From Mobula hypostoma (taxonomy: Eukaryota), in the NCBI RefSeq assembly GCF_963921235.1, contig NC_086097.1:64792001-64856000 (forward strand): 64,000 bases of DNA, in the 5' to 3' direction. Position 1 is the first letter of the stretch; every line of letters starts with the position of its first letter. A model generated the notes under the pieces. The model made no database searches. It was not told where the DNA came from and saw only the letters and a list, made by a program, of their open reading frames with translations. Shown here one piece after another: positions 12,196 to 23,925 of the stretch. The translations under genes were made by a program, and so were the position numbers.

Positions 12196-12504
12196 TTAGC
12201 GGAAGTTAGAGAAGTCAATGTTCATGCCATCAGGTTGGAGGCTACCCAGATGGAATATAAGGTGTTGTTCCTCCAACCTGAGTGTGGCTTCATCTTTACA
12301 GTAGAGGAGGCCGTGGATAAACATGTCAGAATGGGATGTGGAATTAAAATGTGTGGCCACTGGGAGATCCTGCTTTCTCTGGCGGATAGAGCGTAGATGT
12401 TCAGCAAAGCGGTCTCCCAGTCTGCGTCGGGTCTCGCCAATATATAAAAGGCCACATCGGGAGCACCGGACGCAGTATATCACCCCAGTCAACTCAAAGG
12501 TGAA
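12196..12504 (-). pseudogene. Penelope GIY-YIG endonuclease domain, left arm
   Basis: Mirror copy VIYCVRCSRCGLLYIGETRRRL... with a 6-nt in-frame deletion relative to the right arm. Confidence 0.9.
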
Positions 12505-12510
12505 CAACAC

Positions 12511-12825
12511 TTCACCTGTGAGTCGACTGGGGTGATATACTGCGTCCGGTGCTCCGGATGTGGCCTTTTATATATTGGCGAGACCCGACGCAGACTGGGA
12601 GACCGCTTTGCTGAACATCTACGCTCTATCCGCCAGAGAAAGCAGGATCTCCCAGTGGCCACACATTTTAATGCCACATCCCATTCCCATTCTGACATGT
12701 CTATCCACGGCCTCCTCTACTGTAAAGATGAAGCCACACTCAGGTTGGAGGAACAACACCTTATATTCCGTCTGGGTAGCCTCCAACCTGATGGCATGAA
12801 CATCGACTTCTCTAACTTCCACTAA
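12511..12825 (+). pseudogene. Penelope GIY-YIG endonuclease domain (5'-truncated), right arm
   Basis: FTCESTGVIYCVRCSGCGLLYIGETRRRLGDRFAEHLRSI...VATHFN...LGSLQPDGMN shows the IY-CxxC-YIGET pattern of PLE endonucleases. The frame is open to the stop at 12825. Confidence 0.9.
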
Positions 12826-13120
12826 GGCCCCACCTCCCCCTCGTACCCCATCTGTTACTTATTTTTATGCACACATTCTTTCTCTCACTCTCCTTTTTCT
12901 CCCTCTGTCCCTCTGAATATACCTCTTGCCCATCCTCTGGGTTCCCCCCCACCCCTGTCTTTCTTCCCGGACCTCCTGTCCCATGATCCTCTCGTATCCC
13001 TTTTGCCAATCACCTGTCCAGCTCTTGGCTCTATCCCTCCCCCTCCTGTCTTCTCCTATCATTTTGGATCTACCCCTCCCCCTCCAACTTTCAAATCCCT
13101 TACTCACTCTTCCTTCAGTT

Positions 13121-13156
13121 AGTCCTGACGAAGGGTCTCGGCCTGAAACGTCGACT
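13121..13156 (+). ncRNA. Minimal type I hammerhead ribozyme motif (intact core)
   Basis: agtc-CTGACGA-agggtctcggcct-GAAA-c-GTC-gact: stem I agtc/gact, CUGANGA box, stem II agg/cct, GAAA box, vestigial stem III and a GUC cleavage triplet. This is the architecture known from Penelope-like element hammerheads. Confidence 0.8.
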
Positions 13157-16100
13157 GCACCTCTTCCTACAGATGCTGCCTGGCCTGCTGCGTTCACCAG
13201 CAACTTTGATGAGTGTTCACTGAGAGATCATTTAGTTTGTGGAATCTTACAAGAAAGCATTCAAAAATGGCTCCTAACTGAAGCACAACTCACCTTTAAA
13301 AGAGCAGTTGAAGTCATTGTATCAACGGAAACAGCAGAGAAAGACACAATTGAGTTGCAGTCAGGAATGAAAGAGAGCTTGAACAAAACTACAAATGTTG
13401 TATATCCAAACAGAAACCGGCCTGGCCAAACAAAATGTGTTACTGTCGGGCCTCACATACAGTATATCAGACCATTGTAGGTTTAATGGTGAGCTTGCAG
13501 AAAATGCAATAAAGTAGGACACATACAAAAAACATGTCAGGCAGACAAAAATAAATGGATTGCACAGGGAAGAGAAAAAGACAAAAAGTCAAGTTGCAGT
13601 TGCAAAAATAGAACTAATCTTCATGCTGTTGATGAAAAAATCTGATGAGAATGACACAGGACTGAATAGCCTTGAGATTTAAAATGTGAAAGCTAACAAC
13701 AGATGAGCAAAATGGCTTGCCCCAGAAGTGAACAGCAAATTAATTAAAATACAATTGGACACTGGCTCAGCTGCTTCAGTTATTCAACATAATGAATTTG
13801 AATGGCATTTCAAAGATACTGAACTAAAACCTGCCGATATCCAACTAAGAACTTGCTGTGTACTGGAGAAAAACTAACTGTTGTGGGAACGACAGTTGTA
13901 ACAGTGAAATACAATTCCAACAAGCCAAATTGGGTGTTTATGTGGTAAATACTAAAGGACCAGCATTATGGGGCTGTGATTGGCTGAGACAACTACAACT
14001 TGATTTAAGATCCATCCACTATTTGCATACCACATGCCCTGCAAAGGAGTCAACTGAAAGTGAATTAAGAAAGGTACTAGATAATACCACAGTAGTGTTC
14101 AAGGATATCATTGGTAAACTTGAACTTATTGAAGGTAAAACAGTGTTAAATGAAAATGCCACACCCAAGTTTTACAAAGCCCACCTGGTTCCTTATACAA
14201 TCTGTAATAAAGCAGCTGGTGAGCTAGATCACATGGAGCTGAAGGCATTCTTTCCGATGTTGAGTGGAGCCCATGGGCCATGCCAGTGGTCCCAGTAGCT
14301 AAGAAGAATGGGTCTGTCAGCATCTGTGGTAATTTTAAGGTTACCATCAACCCAGTACGAGGACACCTTCTCAAACCTTTCTGGAGGAATCACTTCAGCA
14401 AAATAGACTTAGCTGAAGCCTACCTACAAATGAAGGTGGAAGAAGATGCTGCAGAGAAAAGTTTTTTGTATTTCTCACAATAAGTACTCACAAATAGCTT
14501 TATCACTATAATAGGCTTATTTTTGGAATAGCATCTACATCTGCACTCTGGCAGAAAGCTATAAACCAGGTGCTGCAAGGCTGCCCAGGCACTCAGTTCT
14601 ACCTGGATGGCACAATTGTTACTAGTAAGGATGACAAGGAACATCTCCAAAATCTCAAAACTGTGTTGAAAAGATTAGGAGATTATGGGTTTGGAGCACA
14701 ACCCGACAAATGTGAATTCTTTAAAACAAACATTACTCACTGTGGTCACACCATTGACACACAAGCATTACACAAGTGTGTTGAGAAAAGTTAAATAGTA
14801 GTGTATACCCCAAGGCCAAAGGATGTGTTACAGTTGCAATCCTTTTTAGGATTTGTCAATTGCTATAACAGCTTCCTGCCAAACCTGGCTACTGTGCTTC
14901 ACCCCTTGAACTCATTACTACAGGGAAGAGATGGCAATAGACAAAAAAGTGTGAGGTGGCTTTCCAAGAGGTAAAGGAAATGGTGACATCAGACACTGTA
15001 CTCTCACATTATGATCCATATCGTCCAGTGAAGCTTGCCTGAGATGCCTCGCTTATGGAATAGATGTCATGTCACGTGTTCTGAGTGTGGAAGTATTCCA
15101 TAGCTATTGCATCTCGTTCCCTTACTACTGCAGAGAAAAATTACACACAAATTGACAGAGAGGATTTGTGCCTGGTTTGATGTAAGAAATGTTTCAATCA
15201 GTACTTGTATGGGACAGAGTTTACCCTCATTACTGATCATCATTCAATATTGTCCATTTTCAATCCACAGAAGGGTGTTCCACTATCAGCAGCAGAACAA
15301 ATGCAGAGAGGGGCTTGCTTCCTTGGGAGGACATAAGTAGAAGATTGAATTCAAGAAGACAACTAATCATGGAAATGCTGATGGATTGTCCCATTTACCC
15401 TTGGAAACGGAAATACCTGAAAAAATTACAAAAGAGGGCATTCCTCTTGATGTATTCTCCCTAATGCAAATTGAAAGTCTCCCTATTATGGCAGAGATGA
15501 TCCAAGGGAAACCAGAAAAGATCCCACTCTGTCTCTGGTCTAAATGGCAGCCCAAAATGGCTTGAATGTGCAGCTGAAATCCCAGTTGCTCCATTTTTAC
15601 CAGTGCCGGGATGAACTTGCCCTTGACAGAGGTTGTCTTATGTGGGGATTGACAGTTGTTGCACATTCCAAGCTGAGAGCTAAAGTGCTGGAGGAGCTGC
15701 ATGCCTGTCATCTAGGCTTGGTCAAAATGAAAGCATTGGCTCAAATCATTGCCTGATGGCCTGCGTAGATCAACAGATCGAAGAGCTTGCCATGTTCTGT
15801 TCACCATGCCAACATGTCCAGAAGATGCCAAGAGCAGCACTTCTCCATCCCTGGCAGAGGATTCATGTGGATTTTGCCGATACAGGCACATATTTCTTGC
15901 TAGTAGTGGATGCAGCTACAACATGGCCAAAAGTGTTCACAATAGCCTCCACTACAGCCTGGCACACTGTTGATGGGTTGAGAAGCCTTCTCTCAAGGAC
16001 TGGTGTCCCAGAACACTTAGTCAGTGACAGTGGACCACAGTCTGTTGCGATCATTCCTGAACAGTTTCAGTCATTCCTGAAAATGAATGGAATAAGACAT

Positions 16101-16488
16101 ATTACATCTGTACTGTTTCACCTAGCTACAAAGAGCTTGGTGGAAAGGTTTGTCCAGAGTACTGCGAGCAATGTCAGCAGAATACACTACGCTGACACTG
16201 AATCAGAAGCTTGCCAATTTCCTCCTTGCAGATCACAATGCAACACAGTCCACAACCAACAATTCACCAGCTATGCTGCTCCTGAGTTGTCCCTTGCACT
16301 CACGCATGGATCTCCTCAAACCCAGAATCTCAGAAGGTGTATACAGGACAAACAGCTAAGAAAAATTGAGGGCTCCTCAAATAAGGAGGTTCGATGCTTC
16401 ACTCCTGGACAAGATGTCCTGGCGAGGGACTACAGAAGTGATCAAAAGTAGGTATTTGGAAAGATTAAGGACAGAACTGGGCCACTCT

Positions 16489-16761
16489 GATATGTGTGGC
16501 ATGTGGACAAGTGGTTAGGGTGTTGGACTAGCAATCTGAAGGCCGTGGGTTCGAGCCTCGGCCGAGGCAGCATGTGTGTCCTGGAGCAAGGCACTCAACC
16601 ACACAATGCTCCAGTCCACCCAGCTGAGAATGGGTACCGGCAAAAATGCTGGGGGTTATCTGGGGGGGTGGGCGGGGAAGTCTCATACTCTCAGTCACTT
16701 CACACCACGGAAACAGGTATAAGCATCGGCCTGTTGGGCCACAAGGCTCGTGACAGACTTT
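16489..16761 (+). mobile_element. tRNA-derived SINE (MetaSINE-like central domain) inserted in the Gypsy
   Basis: A box tggacaagtgg, B box ggttcgagcc, central gtgtcctggagcaaggcactcaacc...ccacccagctgagaatgggtacc. TSD aactgggccactct (16475-16488) / aactggaccattct (16762-16775). Confidence 0.8.
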
Positions 16762-17392
16762 AACTGGACCATTCTCGTAGTGGAGATTGCATCTGATATC
16801 GTCTGGAGACAGACACACTGAGTTGTTCAGAGCTGTCAGAACCACTTCCTGTAGTCCCAGAGTTCCTACAGCCACCATGGAGGAGGCCCCAGAATATGAA
16901 ATTGTTTCACATACCCTTGAACCTGTGATTGCTTACCTGAAAAGCAGTTAGGAAAGACGTTATCCCATAAAAGTAATAAATCAATAAAAGTAATAAATAA
17001 AAGTGATTAAATCTTTAGGCCTGAATAGGACTATATGTGCATATGTATATAAGTTGAAATGCATTCTCAGTTGGAGTTTATAGCTAAGCAGGGAGGAGTA
17101 TTGTGTATCTAATATTTCAGTAATATTTGAGTAATATTATGACTACATTGTTTGATTAACCATTCTTTGGTTGTTTAAATAATCCATTAAAGGCTATATG
17201 TAGAAGTATGTGAATGGCATATGGCATTATGTCACCGCGTCATAAGTGTGTGGCGCACTAAAGTAAAATTTGAAACCAGAATACACATGTTATTTCCAGC
17301 TCTGTGTTTTCTTTCAATTAGTATTATGTTTTGGAGTTGCAAATCAAAACTGAGAGGGCTTTTCTTGTGATGAACTGGGCAGTATCCACCAC

Positions 17393-17824
17393 CATCATCA
17401 TCGAGTGCCGTGCCCAGTTTGAGCTTTGACTGCCATGGCCCACACACTCCTGTTTCGGGTCAGGTGGATCAATCCATCGGTATTCATTTCCAGTTCTCTG
17501 GCTGCTGTCTCCATCATCATTTGTCTTCCCCTTGCTTTCTTCCCTTCAATCTTTCCCATAATTACCGCGCATTCTAACTCCTCTTTCCTAATCACATGTC
17601 CAATGAAGTTTCATTGCCTTTTCATGATCTCATACATTATTTCTCTTCTTATGTTTGCTCTGTTCATGACATCCTTGTTAGATATTCATCTCGTCCATGA
17701 TATTCATTGTATCCTCCTCAAAAACCACATCTCTGCTGCTTCAATTCGTTTCCTCATGTTACTAGATATTGTCCAACATTCTGAGCCATATAACATAACT
17801 GGATAAACGTAACATTTCAGTACT
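17393..17824 (-). mobile_element. RTE-clade LINE 3' fragment
   Basis: C-terminus IRKEELECAVIMGKIEGKKARGRQ...TRNRSVWAMAV and a (gat)n tail. The 18-bp TSD ctgggc(a/t)gtatccaccac is at 17375-17392 and 17825-17842. Confidence 0.85.
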
Positions 17825-18569
17825 CTGGGCTGTATCCACCACATTTATTTAGATCTTTTCATTCATTTTTCATATACCAGATAGTGATACAACTCATCAG
17901 GAGAATCTCCATGGTGCATCTACAGAAGTTTTAGATGACATGCCAAATCTGCGCAAACTTCTAAGAAAGTAGAGGCACTACTGCAACCGACCTTCTCCAC
18001 CTCCAATCCACCAAAGACAACTGGTCATGGACCTCTGGTTTATTCCCCCTGTAGTCTGTAACCAGCTTTTTTGTTTTGTTGATGTTGAGTGGGAGGTTGT
18101 TTTCGTGGCATCATTCAAGCAGAATTTCAACCTCCCTCCTGTATGACGATTTATCACCAACTTAGATTTGGACAACAAAGACAAATTCACAGTAATGAAA
18201 ACAATTATGTTGAAGCAACAATTACTAGAATGTGAAATGTGATAACAAGAGGCCTGTCTGAGGAGGTGCTCTGCTAAAATTACTGATGCCTGGAGTGGAC
18301 ACATTAGAGATATCAAATATTGAAGGCCAGTGTTCTGGACATGGGTCAAAGGACATCCAGAGTTTAGGCCTCCCCTCCATGCTCAAAGGCCAATGGCAGG
18401 GACATGTGACAAAGGACATCCATGGATGTCAGGCTGTCCCAGGTCAGTGGGTCCTGGGACTGGATATCTCTGTGAGCAGGATGCAAGCAGGCCAGCGAGT
18501 CAGCAAGACCAGAGTCTGAGGCCTGGAGTTCGGGGTCCCATCATTGGCTAGTCCAGGGATTGATACCAA

Positions 18570-21343
18570 AGATTAAAGTTATATTTGAACATATGCGGAA
18601 TATGGAGTAAGGTAGATGATCTTGTAAAGCATTTAGAGGTTGTTAGGAATGACATTGGGGATTACTCAGTTGTGGCTGAAAGAAGATCATAGCTGCAGTT
18701 TCATGTTGAAGGATACACATTGTTTTGAAAGGTCAGACATGTAGACAGAGCAGGTGGAGTGGCTCTGTTGGTACAAATTAAAATCAAATCCTTAGAAAGC
18801 AGTGACATAGGATTGGAAGATGTAGAGTCCTTGTGGGTAGAGTTAAGAAACAGTGAGAGTGAAAAGACCCTGATTGGAGTTATATACAGACCTCTAAACA
18901 ATAGCCAGGATGTGGGCAACAAATTACAATGGGAGATAGAAGAGGCATGTCAGTAGGGCAATGTTATGATAGTGATGGGGGATTTCAATATGCAATAGGT
19001 TGGGAAAATCAGGTTGGTGCTGGAATTTGTAGAATGCATACAAGATGACTTTTTAGAGCAGCTTGTGGTTGAGCCACTGAGGAAAGGCTATTCTGGATTG
19101 TGTACTGTGTAATGAACCAGATTTGATTTTGAGGCTTAAGGGAAAGGAACACTTAGGAGACAGTGATCATAATATAATAGACTTCACCCTGCAATTTGAC
19201 TGGGAGGTGCTAAAGTCAAATACATCAGTATTACAGCAGAGTAAAGGGAATTATAGAGGCTTGAAAGAGTAGCTGGCCAAAGTTCACTGGAAGGGGATGC
19301 TAGCAGGGATGATAGCAGAACAGTGATGGCTGGAGTTTCTGGAAGCAATTCAAAAGATGTGGGATAGATACATCCCAAAGTAGAAGAATTACCCTTAAGG
19401 CAAGATGATACAGCCGTGGCTGATAAAGGAAGTGAAAACAACATAAAATTAAAAGGGAGTACATATAAAAGAACAAAAATTAGTGGGAAGTTAGAGAATT
19501 GGGAAGATTTTAAAAACCAACAGAGGGTAACTAAAAAGCCATAAGAAGGGAAGAGATGCAATAAGCTAGCCAAACATTTTTTTCCAGATATGTAAATGGT
19601 AAAAGAGAGGTGAGAGTAGATATTGGACTGCTTGGAAATGATGCTGGAGAGGTGGTAATGGTAGATGAACTAAATAAGCATTTTGCATCTATCTTCACTT
19701 TGGAAAACACTAGCAGTACACTGGAAATTCCAGAGTGCCAGGGGGCAGAAGTGAGTGCAGTTGCTATTAATAAGGTGAAGGTGTTTGGGAAGCTGAAAGG
19801 TTTGAAGCTGGATAAGTCATCTGGACCAGATGGACTACACCCCAGGTTTCGCATAAAGGTGGTCAGGTAGATTGTGGAGGCATTAGTAATGATCTTTCAA
19901 GAATCACTAGAGTCTGTCATGGTTTTAGAGGACTGGAAAATTGCAAATGTCATTCCACTCTTCAAGGAGGGAGGATAGCAGAAGAAAGGAAATTATAGGT
20001 CAATTAGCCTGACCTCAGTGGTTGGGAAAATGTTGGAGTCCATTATTAAAAATGAGGTTTTGGGGTTCTAGAAGGCACGTGCTAAGATAGGCCAACGTAA
20101 GCATGGATTCCTTGAGGGAAAATCTTGCATGATAAACATGTTGAAATTCTTTAAGGAAATAACAGGCCATATAAACAAAAGAATGTCAGTGGATGTTGTG
20201 TGCTTTGATTTTCAGAGGGCCTTTGACAAGGCGCCGTTCATGAGTCTGTTTAACAAACTAAGAGCCCATGGTATTATAGGAAAGATACTAGCATGTATAG
20301 TATATTGGCTGATTGGCAGGAGGCAAGGAGTGGGAGTAAGGGGAGCCTTTTCTGGTTGTCTGCCTGTGACTAGTGGTGTTGTACAGGGGTTTATATTAGA
20401 ACTGCTTTTGATGTTGTGTGTCAATAATTTGGATGATGGAATTGACGGCTTAGAGGCCAAGTTTGTGGATGATACGAAGATAGGTGAAGGGGCAGGTAGT
20501 GTTGAAGAAACAGGGAGGCTGCAGAGGACTTACACATATTAGGAGAGTGGACAAAGAAGTGTCAGATGGAATTCAGTGTCAGGAAGTGTATGGTCATGCA
20601 TTTTGACAAAAGAAAGAAAAATATAGGCTATTTTCTAAATGGGAGAGAACATTCAAAAATCAGAGGTGCAATGGGACTTGTGAGTCCTTGGCAGGCTTCC
20701 TTAAGGTTAATTTGCAGGTTGAATCTGTGGTGAGGATGGCAAATGCAATATTAGCATTCATTTCAAGAGGACTACAACATAAAAGCAAAGATGTAATTTT
20801 GAGATTTTTATAAGACATCGGTAAGGCATCTGTAAGCTGTTATGTGCCCCTTATTTACGAAAGGATGTGCTGGAGAGGGTTCATAGGGGTTTCACAAGAA
20901 TGGTTGCAGGAATGAGAAGATTACCACGTTAGGACTGATTGATGGCTTCGGGCCTGTACTCATGGAATTCAGAAGAATGATGGGAGAGCCTCATTGAAGT
21001 CTATCAAATGTTGAAAGGCCTCCATAGAGTGGATGGTGGGAGAATCTAGAACCAGAGGCCACAGCCTCAGAATATAGGGATATCCATTTGGAACAGAGAT
21101 GAGGAAAAATTTATTTAGCCAGAGAATGGTGAATCTGTGGAATTCTTTGCTGTGGAGGCCAAGTCATTGGGTATATTTAAGGCAGAGGTTGATATATTCT
21201 TGATTACTCAGGGTATGAAGAATTACAGGGAGAAGGCAGGAGATTGGGGCTGAAAGGGAAATGGATCAGTCAGAATAAAATGGTGTAACAGACTCAATAG
21301 ACCAAATAACCTAATACTGCTCCCATATCTTATGGTCTTATGG
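18570..21343 (+). mobile_element. CR1 LINE ORF2 and 3' end, decayed
   Basis: ESLWVELRN, GVIYRP, KSSGPDGLHPR, FDFQRAFDK, KFVDDTKIG; tail cttatggtcttatgg. Confidence 0.9.
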
Positions 21344-21344
21344 A

Positions 21345-21555
21345 ATCAGGTGGGAGTAATCCCTGCAGAAAGTGGAGAGTGGGTGGAGGGGGGGTAAAGA
21401 TATGTCTGGTGGAATGATCCCATTGAATATGGCAAAAGTTGCGGAAAATGATGTGCTGGATGTGGAGGCTCAAGGGATGATAAGTGAGGACAAGGGGAAC
21501 TCTATCCCTGTTAAGGCAGTGGGAAGATGGCATGATCACAGATGTCCAGGAAATG
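21345..21555 (-). mobile_element. Penelope-like RT C-terminal/linker fragment
   Basis: NRDRVPLVLTYHP...IQHIIFRNFCHIQWD...TRHIF is the PLVLTYHP motif found upstream of the GIY-YIG domain in PLEs. Confidence 0.7.
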
Positions 21556-21569
21556 AATGAGAATGGAAA

Positions 21570-21835
21570 CAGACCCTTTGGCTCACCAAGCTAATGACCA
21601 AGCACTAATTTTTACATTAAATATTACCCTATCCATTTTATTCCTCCAAGTTTCTACCACTCATCTATGTACCAAGTGCATTTTACAATGGCCAGTTAAC
21701 CTAGCAACCGCAAATTTTTTTAGCACTGTCGGAGGCAACTGCAGCACCCGGGGAAACGCACACGGTAACAGACGCCAAGCACCCAGTTCACTGCAAGCTG
21801 TGGGACAGCAGTTGTATTAGCTGTGCCATTGCGCT
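21570..21835 (-). mobile_element. Degraded V/HE1-type SINE
   Basis: gcacccggggaaacgcacacgg and tggccagttaaccta resemble the reverse strand of the SINE at 25752-26015. Confidence 0.45.
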
Positions 21836-22939
21836 GCCAGTGTTTTGGAGTTCAGTGAAAAAGCTTTCCACAAGTGTTAACATCATCCTTGATCACTATC
21901 TACTGGTTACGTCCTCTCTATCTGAAAATCACTTAATTCAATAAGAGAAGATTATCAATCAGAAGTTCTATATTCAATCTTACAAAAGGAAGAATGTGAT
22001 ATTTGGCAGCACTAGTTTTCTAAGGTAAATTATTCATGGATTAGCTTTGGACTCAGTTACACAAGTGCTGCTATAATAGTGAACTATGGTCTGTGATGTA
22101 TTGGTGCCAAATTACTCCGACTGGGAGAACTGTAATTTTTTTCATACCGGTGATGACGATCCATCCTCATGACATATGGAACAATTTATATTGCAGGTCT
22201 GTGAACTGAATAGGAGGCAGAGTGGGGGAAAGCTTTGATATACAACAATAGTGTCCAGTGGCAAACAGAATGAGGGTATCTTTGGATTTCAGGAATGAAC
22301 TAAACCCTAACAATATATGTAAAATGTTTGACGGTTCAGACAGGATGCCTTGGTGGTACAGCTAGCCATTGCCTACAGCACCAGAGACCCAAGTTAAATG
22401 CTGATACTGGGTCTTGACTAAATGGATTTTGCTTGTGTGTGAATGTGTGGATTTTCTCTCTTTTCTTTCACCTCCATTTCTACTAGGACTACATCTGAAA
22501 ATGAAAGCAGAACTCTCCATGTCGTTGTTCAGGTCAAATATCTAGTGAAACCTAAGGTTTCTCTTGTTAGCGTTGTTTATTTACTTACTTTACAAATTAT
22601 CAACGTGATTTGTCTTCTTTTGCACATTGCAGTATCTCAAACAAAATGCCCTTGATGTTTTGATGGAAAAACATACATCTTTTATTCCCATTTTTTTACT
22701 GCTTTGTTTATGCACATCTATTAAGAATGTATATTGGTAATAGTTTTCTTCTCCACCAGCTCTCCAGAATGTTCTGAGAGTGCTATGAGTTAATAGTACA
22801 ATAGGCACCATATACAATATAAGTCTGCAGACAATAATTTAGAAAGGACAATAGAATGAGCGTGGAATGAAAGAAAAGTATAGAGAAGGTATTTGAATTT
22901 AAAACGTGTACTTAATTGTCTCTAATATTGTGCTGACAT

Positions 22940-23628
22940 TAGAGTGGGTTCAGTGGAGGTTCATGCAAAGGGTTCTGGGAATGAAAATGTTATCATCTGA
23001 GGAGCATTTGATGGCTCTCGGTCTGTACTCACATGCATTGAAATCTATACATTGAAAAGAGATAGAATGGATGTGGAGAGAATATTGCCTATAGTGGGAT
23101 TTTCTAGGACCAGAGGGCACAGCCTCAGAATAGTGGGTCATCCATTTAGAATGGAGATGAGGAGGAATTTATTTAGCTGAAGGTTGGTGAATATGTGGAA
23201 TTCATTGCCTGATTATTATCTATTGTATAATCAGCAGATTTGCATTTGTTGCCTCAGCCTTCTCATTTTCAGATATTAATATAAATTGTGAATAACTAAG
23301 AGCTCTGTATTGATGCCTGTGTCACTTAACAAGCCCATCAAATTAAAAATTACCTGTCTATACCTTCAATGTACAAAGCTTAGCTATGATGTTAGTTCTG
23401 CTTTTATATCACCAGTTTTATATTGTCTGTGGGTGCCAGGTCATTGGGTGTACTTAAAGTGGGGGTTGATAGGTTCTTGATTAGTCAGGGCGCGAATGGT
23501 TATGAGGAGAAGGCAGGAGAATGGGGTTGAGAGGGAAATTCGATCAGCCATGGTGAAATGAAATGGTGGAGCAGACCCGATGGACCAATTGGTCCAATTC
23601 TGCTATTATCTCTTATGGTCTGATGGTA
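22940..23628 (+). mobile_element. CR1 3' fragment interrupted by a foreign segment of about 215 bp
   Basis: CR1 3' sequence runs to ggaattcattgcc (about 23209), resumes at tgtgggtgccaggtcattggg (about 23429) and ends in cttatggtctgatgg. Confidence 0.8.
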
Positions 23629-23629
23629 T

Positions 23630-23925
23630 TTGTACTAGATTCTACCACTTCCTCAGAGAGCTTATTCCACATACCCACTTGTCTACGTGTGATCTTGCCC
23701 CTCGCCTTTCCTCTAAGTATTTCCCCTGTAACCTATGCCCTCTAGTTTGAGACTCTCCTACCCTAGGAAAAAAGACAGTAACCATTCACCTTATCTATGC
23801 TCCTCATGATTTTATGTACCTCAGTAAATTCACCTTTCAACCTGCTACACCGCAGGAAAAATGGCCACAGGTTATCAGATCTCTCCTTATAACTCAGGCT
23901 GTCTTGGCCTGGCAACATCCATAGG
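23630..23925 (-). mobile_element. CR1 3' fragment
   Basis: MLPGQDSLSYKERSDNLWPFFLRCSRLKGEFTEVHKIMRSIDKV. Confidence 0.75.

Larger units (their letters stand above)
11771..13217. mobile_element. Head-to-head inverted Penelope-like (Neptune-type) 3' ends forming a 1.45 kb palindrome
   Basis: Arms 11771-12504 and 12511-13217 are reverse complements around the spacer caacac. The 13-bp TSD cactgagagatca is at 11758-11770 and 13218-13230. The Gypsy gag frame resumes across it (DALRD|HLVCGI). Confidence 0.95.
10930..17350 (+). mobile_element. Gypsy/Ty3 LTR retrotransposon, old, full structure
   Basis: Diverged LTRs at about 10950-11175 and 17099-17350; purine tract aagcagggaggag before the 3' LTR. 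Gag (ILLSVIGGRA, QNEGESISLYVAELK), a CCHC knuckle near 13497-13540, protease LDTGSAASVI near 13756, RT (KIDLAEAYLQM, FYLDG) and integrase (HLGLVKMK, WQRIHVDFA, VSDSGPQ). Confidence 0.92.

Noticed and set aside
11496..12209. 237-aa ORF, and the 184-aa ORF at 12926-13480, as novel gag-fusion genes
   Set aside because: These are chance read-throughs between Gypsy gag and the non-coding or antisense Penelope arms, fully explained by the TSD-flanked insertion.
16494..16570. tRNA gene
   Set aside because: The A/B boxes belong to a TSD-flanked SINE head; there is no complete cloverleaf or terminator.
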